Shown: positions 51,863-63,826 of the stretch, piece after piece | Numbering within the stretch: position 1 is the stretch's first letter | Layout: the number at the start of each line of letters is the position of its first letter | Assembly: GCA_028534125.1 (NCBI GenBank) | Contig: CM052832.1 | Span: 6,760,001 to 6,824,000, forward strand | DNA length: 64,000 nt | Source: Lama glama | Lineage: Eukaryota | Direction: 5' to 3' | Position numbers and translations under genes: made by a program | The notes under the pieces: model-generated | The model's database searches: none | Told to the model about the DNA's origin: nothing | What the model saw: only the letters and a program-made list of their open reading frames with translations

Positions 51863-54279
51863 ACTATGAATACAATATGCAAAATACAGTAATGCGAAGT
51901 GGTTTAGGAGGTTAGATTTGACTCACTTAAAGCTTCCTGAGGATAAAAGCATAATAATCGTTTGCGTGAAAATATAGTTCTAATTAGGGCAGATACATCA
52001 TTAGCAGCCTAAATTATTAATAGGCATAAAAATACTTGGACTAAGTCTTTGAATACAATTCAACTTTTCACTCATTGGGCTGGACTTCTGCCAATGAGTC
52101 CGAATTAGTGAAGACGTACTGTTTATCGAGAAGTAAGCTCAGTCCAGACCCAGAGTCCTAATCTGTGGCCATTCAATATGTGAGACTCATATTTTGCAGA
52201 ATGTTCTATAAAGGATTAAGAGATAGACTTTGTTTTAGTCTGGTCATTGTGATAGAATACACTACAACCTTAAAGATTATTAAAATTGTGAAATAATTTG
52301 CTCCTTTTCCCTGCCACAGGGTATAGACTAGTTCTGAAAACAAAACTTCTATAGCAGAGCCAGTCTTGGCTATTTCATAAGGAACAGATCCTATTTCAGT
52401 TTTAGCACAAACCTCTTCCAGCTCCCGAGGAAGACAACAATTCAGCTCTCAAACTCCTATCAGACTTCTTTCAGGCAGAGGGACCCCCATCTCCACCCCA
52501 AACACCCATGAAAGAAGTTGATTCTTCTGTTACACCATTAGTCAGAAAAATATTACCTGTGTGATGATGATTACATAAATTAATGCAATAATAGAAAACT
52601 AAGGAATAGCTATAGACAACAGGTTGTGGCTTATATGACCATAATTTGCTGAGTAGTTACTACAGTTGGACAGAAATCAAGGCCACAGGCAGGGCAGAAG
52701 GGCCAGTATAGATGTGGTGTCAGGAATTCCATGTTTTCACAATCATTCCTCTATCTCTACTCATTAAGCCAGACTTTTTCCACATTAGCAACATGAGTTA
52801 AATAGCAAGCCTACCATGCTTGGATGTCATGTTCTGGAGGTCTGGGAGGTGTCTTTGGCACTCCCTGAGCCCTCCGTGAGTCATTTTCCGCACTGTGCAC
52901 TGTGGTTAACAGCCGCGCAGTGCCAATTTCGCAGGGGTAGCTCGTGAATTTGGTCGTGTCTTCCATCAAGAGTTTACAGAGAGCTGTGCCATCTGAACGG
53001 AGTCCAGCAATGTTCAGTGATCCATGGAAAAGACAGGCCTGTTTCCCTACTTCTGCTCTCTAATGAGCATATGCTGTTCTTTGAGCGTTTGGGGGAAACA
53101 CAGTGTTGGCCTATTTTGGGGGGACAAAGGCTGACAATATTGGACCACCCCATTCCAAGTTGGGGCAATTTCAAAGGACAGGGCTTTGGGAACTTGGAAC
53201 AACATGTACAGCTTCACTGTCATGAAGTCTGGCTAAACACAGAAACCAGCCTCCCTCTTAATCTCCGTCCCACTTGTGGAAAACCATAAACTCAAGTTAT
53301 TACAAATCAAAGGCCAGGGGAGAATGACCAGATGTCCTTGGGGATGGTATGACACAATTAGGAGGGAGCCATTGGAGTAGGGACTGTCCCTCTACAAGAA
53401 GTTGAGAGAAAGAAAACACAATGACCCAAATGTTTGCCTCATTTAATTCAACAGCAGCAGGAATGTCTGTTCATTACACCCGATAGGGAACGTGAGCTTC
53501 GGGCAGGAGCCAAAGCTACTGGTTTTGCTCTCCATTTTAACGGCTAATTAGATGTTGAAACTCAAGTGTGACAACCAAACAGATATTATTGCCCATTGCA
53601 GGGTAGTCAGAATTAGGCCTGGGAATTGTGTGGATGGATGGATTCTTTCAGGGGAGCTCAAAGTCACTGCTACAATTTGTGATAAATATAGTTGGTATCA
53701 AATTGGCAAACTCCGCACAAGCCGGCACTTCCTATGGCCTAAAAATACCATCAATTACCAAAAAACTGCCCCAAAACTTGAAAAATTAATCCACTGGAGG
53801 AAGGGAACAGAAGAAACAGGGCCAAATAAGACTTTCCAAAAGAGAAATCAGATCTGAAGTTCATAGCTTTATTGCATGTTCGGAAACAAGGCTGGCTGCA
53901 GAGCCTGGCTCCTGGATGCAATCATTAGAATAGCCGTTCAGCCTCTTGCCCTGTGCAAATTAACCTGATTCTGAGCCTGGCTTGTTTAATATGTGCATTC
54001 TCAGGTGCCACACTATTGCAGATCCCTCAAAGACCCTGATATTGCAAACACCTGGACAATTAACACTGGGGCTGCAGAGCCGACTAAATTAAATCCTTTT
54101 AAATTAGATTTTGCATCGTCCCGTGAACATGCTAGGATGTTTCAGGTGTTCCTTGGAGCCAAATCCAGGGTATGGTGCTACCTATTTGTGATTAAAAAAT
54201 AAAACCTGAGAGATCAGATAAGAGAATAAAAGAAGCTTTTAACAAAAACACCTGGGTGCTGAAGCTCACTAACCACTGG

Positions 54280-55100
54280 GGCAGCGCGCTGTTATCTCTC
54301 TGCATCAGTCACTACAGCACAACTGTCCGTCAAAGTTACGGCACAGTGCACAGGTTGGTGACTTGGCAGACTGGACCTCAGCGAGCGCCCGGCGTCTTCT
54401 CCTCGACGCCCCTCGGGCCTCCAGGCCGGGTCCGCCCCGCCCTTTGCTCCCAAGGCTTCCGCCTCATCCCGCCTCGGAACTCGGCAGCGCCCGCCCCGCT
54501 CCCGCTGATTGACAGGCGGGGCAGCGACTCCCGGGAGCCCGGCTTTCGCTCTGCAACCCCGGCGGTAACTATCCCACCGTAGCCAATGGGAGCCAAGAGG
54601 CGGGGCCTGCTGGGGGGAGGCGGTGCTGGTCAGGTGCTCTCCGTCGAGGCGGCGTGCAGGTGACCGGCCGCGGCTTACGGGGGTGCCTCTTGTTCCCACC
54701 GCCTCCCAGCTATTGCCCCCGGTCTACGGCAGGGAGACCCTCCGGACCCTTCCTCCCATTGCCCCAAGGCGATGCGGTTGGAGCGGATGAAGGTAGGAGT
54801 CCGGGGCACTGGGCCGCTAGCCTCTCGAGGACCCACATGCCTCCGGTGGGCCCCCAAACGACCTCCCCAAACCCAGTTTCCACTGCAAACATACACAGCG
54901 CCCTTAGGGCCTCTGCCGGCCTCGATAGGCGGGAGTTCTGCGAATTGGGAACGTACCCTGCGCCGAGACCCTCCCCAGAGCTAGGATAGTATCCCGGTGG
55001 GGAAGATGGGGCGATGCATCACCCTCCTCTGGACGTCTCATCCCTCTACACACACCTACGCGTCCTTCACTTTCCCTCGGCACGTTTCTCGGTGCCCCTT
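54280..55100 (+). promoter_or_regulatory. ENPP5: CpG island / TATA-less promoter and non-coding first exon of ENPP5
   Basis: Sharp rise in GC and CpG; GC boxes near 54432, 54489, 54515 and 54599-54606; CCAAT at 54583-54587; candidate donors CAG|GTGACC (54659/60) and AAG|GTAGGA (54792/93); ~2 kb upstream of the ATG exon. Confidence 0.85.
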
Positions 55101-56956
55101 CCCTCCAGATTAACAGGGCTGTATGTGGGGGAGGGGAGGAGGAACTGGAAAGCAGCCCAGTGAAATCCGGACCCAGAACTGGGGATTCCACTGCACCGTG
55201 CAGCGTTTTGTGCACGGAAAAGAAAGAAAGCAGATTTCTTTCACCCCCAGCTCTCTGCTTATTGCTTTATGTCATCGATGTGATAATGTTGATTCTTATC
55301 AAACATTCCTAACCTTGAGGCAACACTTCGGCTTCGTTTATCTTCCTTCGTCCCGGGAAAGCTGTCTTTCCTGCTTACTACAGCTGGTGAATTAATTTAC
55401 TAAAGGAGAGGAGAATCAGGTGTTTCTTGTAATTGATCCTTTTTTTAGCCTTAAATCATATTTGGTTCAAAGTATCCTTGCTTGTGTTAGGAAGGTGAAG
55501 AAGAGAGAAAGAGGGAGGCAGGAATCACTATCCTCAGCCAGAAATGTTAATAAATATATTTGCAGTCTCTTAATTGGAACTGATTTTTAATGTTTCTTCC
55601 AGAATTGGAAACTTTACTGCTATTTGAGAAATAATTTTTAATTTTTGAACCATTGCCTGGAGACCAATACTTAAAACAATTTCAGTTCAAGTAATGTTCT
55701 AGGGATGGTGAAATCGTGGTTAAAAAGCAAATAAAACAGAATTATTGCACCTGAAAGCAAAGCATGCCAAGCAGTTTTTATTTACCAGCACCTATGATAT
55801 ACTGAGGCTCTTAAGACAGGGCCCATTTCTTGAGGTTTTAAAATGTCTTCAGCATATTCAAATTGTTCAAATTAGGAAGATGTCGAAAGCCAAATTCAAG
55901 AAATTCTTGGCACAAAACCTTAGATCCAGGTTTTGGTGGGCTTATAAATACCTTCATACAAGAACAGTCAGCAGAAGGAGAGGACAAAAGATTCTTGTTT
56001 GTTTGCAAACTCTGGGAACTGACAAAATTTACATCTGGATTGTTTATCCATATTGCCTCTTAATAGCTTTCTTGAATAGAATAAGTTTCTTAGAAAGAGA
56101 GGCAAATGGACAACAACCTTGATCCAAAGAGATTCTTTAATCCCAGGAAGTCCCTTTCCTACACATATCGCTGATAAGATTAAATGTTGATGAATTTTAA
56201 CATTAGGAAGGTCAAGGCTAAATTTCAGAATTACGTTTCCATTATACTTAATTCAGAAGCTAATTGTTTAGTTTAAAGAAGGCTGGGCTTTGATTATTAG
56301 TAAATGAATGTAGGTTACATTTCAGGAATATATTTGAATGTCACAAATTTTATGTGACTTCGGGAAACCAAGTTCATCTATTTTCTCTTGTGACATATCT
56401 CACCAAGATGACCCAAACATAAGGCCTTGGCTTTGAAAAATGGAGGTGTACATACATACTTTTTAAAAGCATTGTTTTTGGATTTGCTAGTGGTAATTCT
56501 TTGTTGATAGGTTCCTATAGTCCATCTAACCAAAATAATAAATATGTCCATAGGTATTTAATGTGATATAAAAGTTTCTGACCAGGAGTCAGAAGTCTGA
56601 GTCATCCCGAAAATGTCTGAAAAGTTGTATGTAAATTATATCATATTTTAAAGTGATATTTGAGGAGCTGACTTAATTTCTTTGAGGAATGTTTTGATAA
56701 ATTCTTAGAAACGAAAACAGTTTTTAAATGCAACTAAACTTCTTAGCTTTATTATACAGGGAGCCCCAGGTCTCTTGTTTAAGGTGAAGTTCTGCAGTGT
56801 AATCCTTCCAGGCTGTGATTTATGCTGTAACTGGGATTGCTAAGCACCATCACTCTCCATTTTGGGTAAAGTATACAAAGCAAAATTATTGCCATTAATT
56901 TCTGTATTTTCTTTTGTACAGATTCTCTTACACTGAACCGATCAAGAACTTTGAAA

Positions 56957-57785
56957 ATGACTTCAAAACGTCTCTGGGTGTCCTTCGTACTTGCTGCAGT
57001 CACACTTTCAATTACATTTTCTCTCCAACCAGACCAGCAAAAGGTTCTACTAGTTTCATTTGATGGATTCCGATGGGATTACTTATATAGAGTTCCAACA
57101 CCCCATTTTCACCATGTGATGAAATACGGTGTTCACGTGAAGCAAGTTACTAATATTTTTCTAACAAAGACCTACCCTAACCATTATACTTTGGTAACTG
57201 GCCTCTTTGCCGAGAATCATGGTATTGTTGCCAATGACATGTTTGATCCTATTCTGAACAAATCTTTCTCCTTGGGTCACATGGATATTTATGATTCTGA
57301 GTTCTGGGAAGAAGCGACACCAATATGGATCACAAATCAGAGGGCAGGACATACTAGTGGTGCGGCCATGTGGCCCGGAACAGATGTAAAAATACACAAC
57401 AGCTTTCCCACTCACTACTTGCCTTACAATGAGTCCGTTTCATTTGAAGAGAGAGTTGCCAAAATTATCGAATGGTTTACATCGAAAGAGCCCATCAATC
57501 TTGGTCTTCTCTATTGGGAAGAACCTGATGACACCGCCCACGATTTGGGACCAGACAGTCCGCTCATGGGACCTGTCATTTCAGATGTCGACCGCAAGTT
57601 AGGGTATCTCATACAAATGCTGAAAAAGGCAAAGTTGTGGGACGTTTTGAACCTAATCATCACAAGTGATCATGGAATGACGCAGTGTTCTGAGGAGCGG
57701 ATCATAGAACTTGACCAGTATCTGGACAGAGACAACTATGTCCTGGTCGACCAGTCACCAGTAGCAGCCATCTTGCCCAAAGAAG
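56957..57785 (+). CDS. ENPP5: ENPP5 first coding exon (signal peptide and most of the catalytic domain)
   Basis: Exon starts 56922 after ttttcttttgtacAG; ATG at 56957 in AAAATG context; signal peptide MTSKRLWVSFVLAAVTLSITFS; motifs SFDGFRWDY (D36), TKTYPNH (T72 nucleophile, Y73 typical of NPP5), EEPDDTAH (D191/H195), TSDHGM (D238/H239); donor AAG|GTGAGT; 829 coding nt. Confidence 0.97.
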
Positions 57786-58124
57786 GTGAGTCTGAACTTT
57801 GTGGTGGTCTGGAGCTGGGTCTGCGCGTGCCCAGTGCGACTGAATTGGGATTTTTGTTTCTGTGTCTTTCAAGTGTGCTTGCCTTTGTCATGGTAATATT
57901 CGGGATTTAATCCTTTGACTTTGAGAAGACAGGCTCTCTTTTCTCAGGGTCTGATTTTTCACTTTTTCCTAGAATATTGAAACGGATGCTCTTTGTCTAT
58001 AATTGTCCAATTTAACCATTTTGGAGTCATTGGATATGATGAACGCTAGCTACAGCCTCTGTTGTCAGAAAAATTAAGTTGGGAGGATACATACAAAATG
58101 TGCATGCAATTACAGGGATTTTAT

Positions 58125-58246
58125 TCTATAAAAAAAACCCCAATTTCCATTTATTTACTTTTTAAGGGAGGTACTGGGAGTTCAACACAGGACCTCGTGC
58201 ATGTTAAACACGCGCTCTGCCACTGAGCTATATACCGCACCCTCCC
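58125..58246 (-). mobile_element. tRNA-Ala-derived SINE (vic-1 type), more diverged, in ENPP5 intron
   Basis: Reverse complement reads TAGCTCAGTGGCAGAGCGCGTGTTTAACATGCACGAGGTCCTGTGTTGAACTCCCAGTACCTCC; TSD acagggattttat (58112-58124) / acagtgattttat (58247-58259). Confidence 0.88.
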
Positions 58247-59236
58247 ACAGTGATTTTATAGAAGCCTTGAAGCCTTCGATGGATTCTTAGTTAGGACCTG
58301 CTCAATAGGGAAGCGGTGGGGTATCAGAGGAGAGAGCTTTGCTGGTCCTGAGATTTAGTTTTCTTATCTGTAAGTCGGGGAAGGAATAACAATACCTGGA
58401 ACTTGTTACAAACCTCTCCTCGAAGCCTCATTATTTCTGTTTTAAACATCGGTGAACGAGCTCAGAAGTTTTAAAATCCCCAGGTCACAGAGTCAGTGCA
58501 GAACAAGACTCAGACCTGCTCTTCTGACTTCTGTTTTATCACCTCCTGGGGTCAGAATCAGTACCAAATGAGAAAACAGATTTTGAAAAGTGGAATAACT
58601 CACCAGTGAGACTTACATCCCTCACAGGGGAATGAAGAGATCATAGGACACAGGGAATGTTAAAAATATGCATGTGCGACAAAGGAATTTGAAAAACAAG
58701 AAACGGACTCAAGATAGTGTCCAGGCTTACTGCGTTTGAAGTCACGAGGAGTCCTTTGGCAACACCTCCAGGAAACGTTAAAGAACGTTTCCATTTTAAA
58801 GCTGCTTTGCTGGTCTGGTCTGTCCTTTTCCAACTATTGTTCTTGTCTAGAGATTCTCTATCTCTGTCCTCAGAACTACCAGAACTTAGCCCTTTGCTTT
58901 TGTTTGGGTGTGCAGTGCCCAGACATTTTAATTCGTGCCACCAATGAACGTGTGTGTGTGCGTGTGTGTGTTTAAGTCTTTAGAGGTTAGAGATGTCTGG
59001 TTCTATAAAATGTCCTCTCTTCAGGTGAATTTACTTTAAGAGGAAATTATTTCTCTGTTTCCCCTACAAGATTATTTCCTGCAAGGGGGTGGGACTTCTA
59101 AAACATCTGGCTAAGCTTTGTGAAGGTGAGCTCGCTCAGATGTCTGCGTTGATGGACCTCTGATGCCATGGCTGTTTCTTTGATGGTCGCAGTGAGTGTC
59201 CTGTCCTGAGTGCCTCTCTGCCTCCTTTCCTTTTAG

Positions 59237-59413
59237 GTAAATTTGATGAAGTCTATGAAGCACTAGCTCACGCTCATCCTAACCTTACTGTGTACAGAAG
59301 AGAAGAGATCCCGGAAAGATGGCATTACAGGGACAACAGTCGAATTCAGCCGATTATTGCGGTGGCCGACGAAGGGTGGTATATTTTACGGAATAAGTCA
59401 GATGACTTTATGT
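59237..59413 (+). CDS. ENPP5: ENPP5 second coding exon
   Basis: Acceptor cctttccttttAG, donor T|GTGAGT; 177 nt, phase 1/1; encodes (G)[58 protein letters not shown]. Confidence 0.96.
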
Positions 59414-60139
59414 GTGAGTATGTTACAGTGTTTCTCTCCATCCTGTCATTGTTTGCTAAAGTGGAGGCCAAATGGGAGTTGTTTCTGCTCTATTCAGCAG
59501 TTTATTTACTGATTAGATAACTAGGGAGTGCGATACATTAATAGTTAAATAAAGATCCAATAAACAAAGATTTATTGGGGCTTTAAAATGAGGTCATCTT
59601 TTAAAAGTGAAACATTTACTTCTCTTGAAGTTACAGTGACCTATTACTGCTAATTTTAACCATCGTGCTGCTGAGAAAAAATAACTGAAATTTAGAAATT
59701 GAATCATTTTTCTGCACCTGCTTTATATTCTGATTTCATAAAAACTTAATCTCTAGTTTTCTTTGCTGCCTTTAGTTTTCTAGTTTCTTTTGCCCTTCTG
59801 GTTCTACCAAATATAGGCCAGCTTTGCTTGTCATGTTGGAAACATTTCTAAAAAAAAAAGTGCAGATGGCATGGGTAAAAAATATATCCAGACATATATT
59901 TTCGTAATTAATACCTAGCGATGTAATTTGGGAGATATTTCCCCTGACTAAATTTAGAATATGATGGAAATCCCATTTCAAATTCAAGCATGCAAAGTAG
60001 CTTCTTGCCATCATTAATGTGTAAATTTACCTTCTTACATAGCTTTTAACAACTTAGTCAAATGGAAAAGTTATCGCAGGATTTCACTCAAGTTTATTTG
60101 CATGTTTACTCTCAAGCTCCTGCTCTGCTTTTTGTATCA

Positions 60140-60590
60140 CCAGTGATGGATCCCTACAGACTGAATTTCCTAGGCTACTTTGTAGACTGGTTGCTGGTTA
60201 GATTTGGCCAGTATTGGACCCTGGCAGGAATGTGGAAGGCGGGGGTTTGGGAGAAGCCAGCGTATTTGTCCCCCAGTCTCTCTGCCCCAGGCTGTCTCTC
60301 TAACAGTAGCTTCGTGTCCTCTGTGATCCCAGCTCCTTCTGGACAACTCTCTCTCTGGCTTCAGCTCCTACTGGCTTTGGGGTTCCGGGGACACCACCTC
60401 TTCCTTCTGTCCCTCCAGCCCTGGGGGCCTGAGGTTCCCACTGTTCTACTGGCTGGGTAACCTCGCCATCCCATGGTTGCCTCTCAGCTTCAGCACTTTT
60501 ATGAGGAGCTCCTTATTAAAGGACTTGTGAAGTCCCCTCTCTTGTACTGCCTGGCGTGGGTTCTGCTTTCCTGGCTGATACCGATACTAG
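60140..60590. mobile_element. ERVL-type LTR remnant (LTR33-like)
   Basis: ctggttgctggttagatttggcca...ctggcagga...gagaagccagcgtattt...ttattaaa...tctgctttcctggctg. Confidence 0.5.
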
Positions 60591-61233
60591 CTTGCACCAC
60601 CAGTCCAGGTCCCTGAGAGTTGTTTCTCTTCTGTGCCTTGAGTGTTGAAGGAACCACATTGTGTCAACACCATCTAGAAATGCTCTTTTAGGCATTGATC
60701 CTTGATATGTATCGGATATCTACAAAAATATCCCCTTAGGTAGAACTGGCTTCCTGTCATGCTGATTGGTGAAGAGAAAAGCCATTGCCTGGCAGTGAGA
60801 TTTGTAGAGTATGTGTGAGTCATACTGGCAGATGTGTACAAATACCTGGTTCTGGTCCTTAAAACAGGTTCGACATGTAGGTAGTAATCTGAACGAGTAT
60901 TTAATCAGTGTAGGAGAACTGTTTTCAGAAGGCTTTTAAAAATAATTCCTTTGGCTATGAGAATAATTGCTACCTTTTTATGTTCAGATTTTCATGTGTT
61001 ATGCAAATAGCTATTTTATTAGAAGGGTTGTTCAAAAAAGAACTGCTGTCTCGGAGGAGATTTGTACTTTAAAGTTGACGTAAATTTAAGGGGCTCTCTT
61101 GAAATTTTGGTTTGGTAAATTATATAATAGATTGGTCACACCAACTTTTGATAGAAAATGTTAATAATGCTTGATGTTAACATTATGTTCAACATAATTA
61201 CTTATTCAACAAACAAATCTATAAAATAATTAC

Positions 61234-61537
61234 TTTTTTTCATTTTTCAGTTTTATTAGGTAGAATTGTTAAAATTTGACTGCACATATACAGTATGTTC
61301 CATGTAAATACATATGCACAATATACTGCACATTTTTTTTTTAGTTTGCATATATGTACTGATCATTGTTTCTAAGAACAGTTTAGAGCTTTAGCTTTTT
61401 AAACTTACATAGTTACTTAATGGAATAAAGCCAACCACAAAACAAGAATCAACCGAATGTGGTAATCCAATCATAAAGGACAGTCAAATGTGCTGACACA
61501 TATTCAAGAGATCAGCCATCTCAGTTATAACTAATAA
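61234..61537 (-). pseudogene. Processed mRNA 3' UTR fragment (retrocopy), parent tentatively EIF4E
   Basis: Minus strand ends ...ctacctAATAAAactgaaaaatgAAAAAAA: poly(A) signal at 61252-61257 followed by an A tail at 61234-61240. Body resembles the EIF4E 3' UTR as I recall it (unverified). Confidence 0.6.
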
Positions 61538-61774
61538 GTAGTTCATTTGTGTCTTTTTTTTTTTAAAAAAAGATTCCACATGTAAGTGATATCATATGGC
61601 ATTTTGCTTTCTCTTTCTGGCCCACTTCACTTAGAATGACGATCTCCAGGTCCATCCATGTTGCTGCAAATGGCATTCTTTTATTTTTTATGGCTGAGTA
61701 GTATTCCATTGTATGTGTGTATGTGTGTATATATATATATATACACACACCATATCTTCTTTATCCGGTCATCT
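61538..61774 (-). mobile_element. L1 fragment (ORF2 end / start of 3' UTR) lacking its own 3' terminus
   Basis: gttcatttgtgtc...gattccacatgtaagtgatatcata...catgttgctgcaaatggcatt; ORF reads [34 protein letters not shown]. Confidence 0.9.
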
Positions 61775-61858
61775 TATTTTACAAATAATTAAGTACTGGC
61801 CACTACAGCCCTTCACAGCCTGAGTTCTACAAGAGGATTCAAGTCCTAATGTCCAAAA

Positions 61859-62050
61859 GCAGGAGTTCTCAAATGTGTTCCCGGGACCAGTAGTAACCAA
61901 ATCTCCTGGGAGCTTGTTAGAAATGCAGATTCTTGGGCCCAACCCAGACCTACTGAACTAGGAACTCTGAGGGCAGAGCCCAGCAATCTGTGTTCTCACC
62001 TGTACCTACACCCCCAGAGCCTCATACACACTGAAATTGGAGGACCGCTG
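61859..62050. mobile_element. MER5A-like MITE
   Basis: gttctcaaatgtgttcccgggaccag...ctgggagcttgttagaaatgcagattcttgggccc...gcccagcaatctgtgtt. Confidence 0.85.
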
Positions 62051-63389
62051 CCCTAAGCATTCGTTATTAAATACTGTCTGCTGGGTTAAGCCTTTATGGT
62101 AGGGGCTACCACTGCAAAAAAAAAAAAAACCCTGTTCATGGGAGAGGTTTCATAAGTCATAATGAGTTCATCTCAAATCTGATTTTCTAGTAAGAAGTGT
62201 GATGTGAAAGAATCATCTTTGCCTTTGTGGCTGAAAGTCTGGATCCGGCTTCTCATAGAAATGAGCCCAGCAATCATCCCATCAATTACAGATCACATAA
62301 TGGCACATTTACCAATGTTACTACTAATTAATGAACTAGAAGAGCAGTCCCCTGGCAGATGACTCCCAGCGATTCATAAATCCAGCATTATTTCCACTTG
62401 AATAAACTCAAAAAGAAGCCTGGCATTTAGAATGACTTCTTTAGATGGATTTTGCAAAGTAGATTTGGAATTCCTTCGAGGAGATGACTTTCAGAGGAGT
62501 TGATTTAGAATTTTCTTTTTTGCAATGCTGTGTTCCCATTGCGTATTTCCATAGCAAGCATAAACAGTAGGGACTGATCTGCTGGTCATTCTCACCACCT
62601 TCAAAATAAAACCTTTCATGTTTCTTTGGTTGTCGTCTTAGCAGTAGCTCCCTCACTTTGTCTGTCCCCTGACAGTATGCTAGATGCACACACCTTTAAA
62701 ATGCAGCTTCTATTGTGCAGGAGTTTTTAATCCTTCAATTTTGTGTCTTTTTCTGATTTGATAAATCAGAAGACTCCTAGAGTTTTCACCCTTTTTTTGT
62801 AGCCATACTAAAGCACACAATGCTAGATTGGATCTGAACCACCAGAGGCAAGACATTACCCGCAAGTCCTGACCTTTATTTTTCAATAGTGGATTGGAAC
62901 TGTAACTGGAGGTTTGATTTTTGTGGTGTCTTTTGGTTTTCTTTATTATTTTTCCCCTTTTATTGATAGCTATGGATTTACTGTCTTCATGACTAAGAGC
63001 ATGTTTACCTTTAGAACAGTAACTGGAACATAGTAGGTATCTAAGTATTTGCTGAATATTAGTTTACTTGCCACCAAACAAACAAAGAGAAAAACAAACA
63101 CTTTCGAGTTCCCCTGATGTGGCTCCGCTTTGCTCTTTATACGTCTTTAAACTCTGTTGCTTAAGGTTGTGTCGGCCTGTGAGAAAGATTCCTGGGCATC
63201 TGACTTTTCACTTCCTGAAATGAAACCGTGATGCTGACAGCAGCAGAAATTGCTTGTAAAAGATTCTTCTGTTTTGAAAGTTGCATTAGATAGAGTTTGC
63301 ATTTAAGTTCAGAATTTGACGATACAACAGTTATTTCCGTTTTAATACCATCGGGTTGGCTGACCCGTTCATGCATTTTATCTCCACAG

Positions 63390-63826
63390 TGGGCAACCAC
63401 GGCTATGATAATGAGTTAGCAGAAATGCATCCCATATTTCTAGCCCACGGCCCTTCCTTCCGAGAGAATTTCACCAAAGAAGCCATGAACTCCACAGATC
63501 TGTACCCACTGCTCTGCCACCTCCTCAATGTCACGGCCATGCCCCACAACGGATCCCTCAGGAGCGTCCAGGATCTGCTCAGTGCAGCAGCCCCAAGAGC
63601 CGGTCCTTACGGTCCTTACACGCAGAGCCCTCCGCTCCTCCAGGGTCGTGTCCCACCAGGGGAAAATGAGCAAGAGGCGTCATATGCTTACTTCCTAGGG
63701 GTCTCTCTTGGTAGCATTATAGTTATTGTGTTTTTCATAATTTTCATTAAACATTTAATTCGCAGCCAGATACCTGTCCTACCAGATTTTCAGGCTGAAA
63801 TATCTCAACCATTATTACAAGCCTAA
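63390..63826 (+). CDS. ENPP5: ENPP5 last coding exon (H339 ligand, stalk, TM helix, cytoplasmic tail)
   Basis: Acceptor tttatctccacAG; encodes (L)GNHGYDN...MHPIFLAHGP...DLYPLLCHLL...PHNGS, TM YFLGVSLGSIIVIVFFIIFI, TAA ending 63826. Total CDS 829+177+437 = 1443 nt = 480 aa plus stop. Confidence 0.97.

Noticed and set aside
54256..55215. Multiple overlapping ORFs over 100 aa on both strands
   Set aside because: Expected from stop-codon scarcity in a CpG island; no domain recognised.
56951..56956. ORF-track start for ENPP5 (MK...)
   Set aside because: That start is a TTG; the ATG at 56957 has A at -3 and opens the signal peptide.
63797..63823. C-terminal EISQPLL as an acidic dileucine sorting signal
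   Set aside because: Four residues separate E and LL rather than the three of [DE]xxxL[LI]; cannot be supported from sequence alone.
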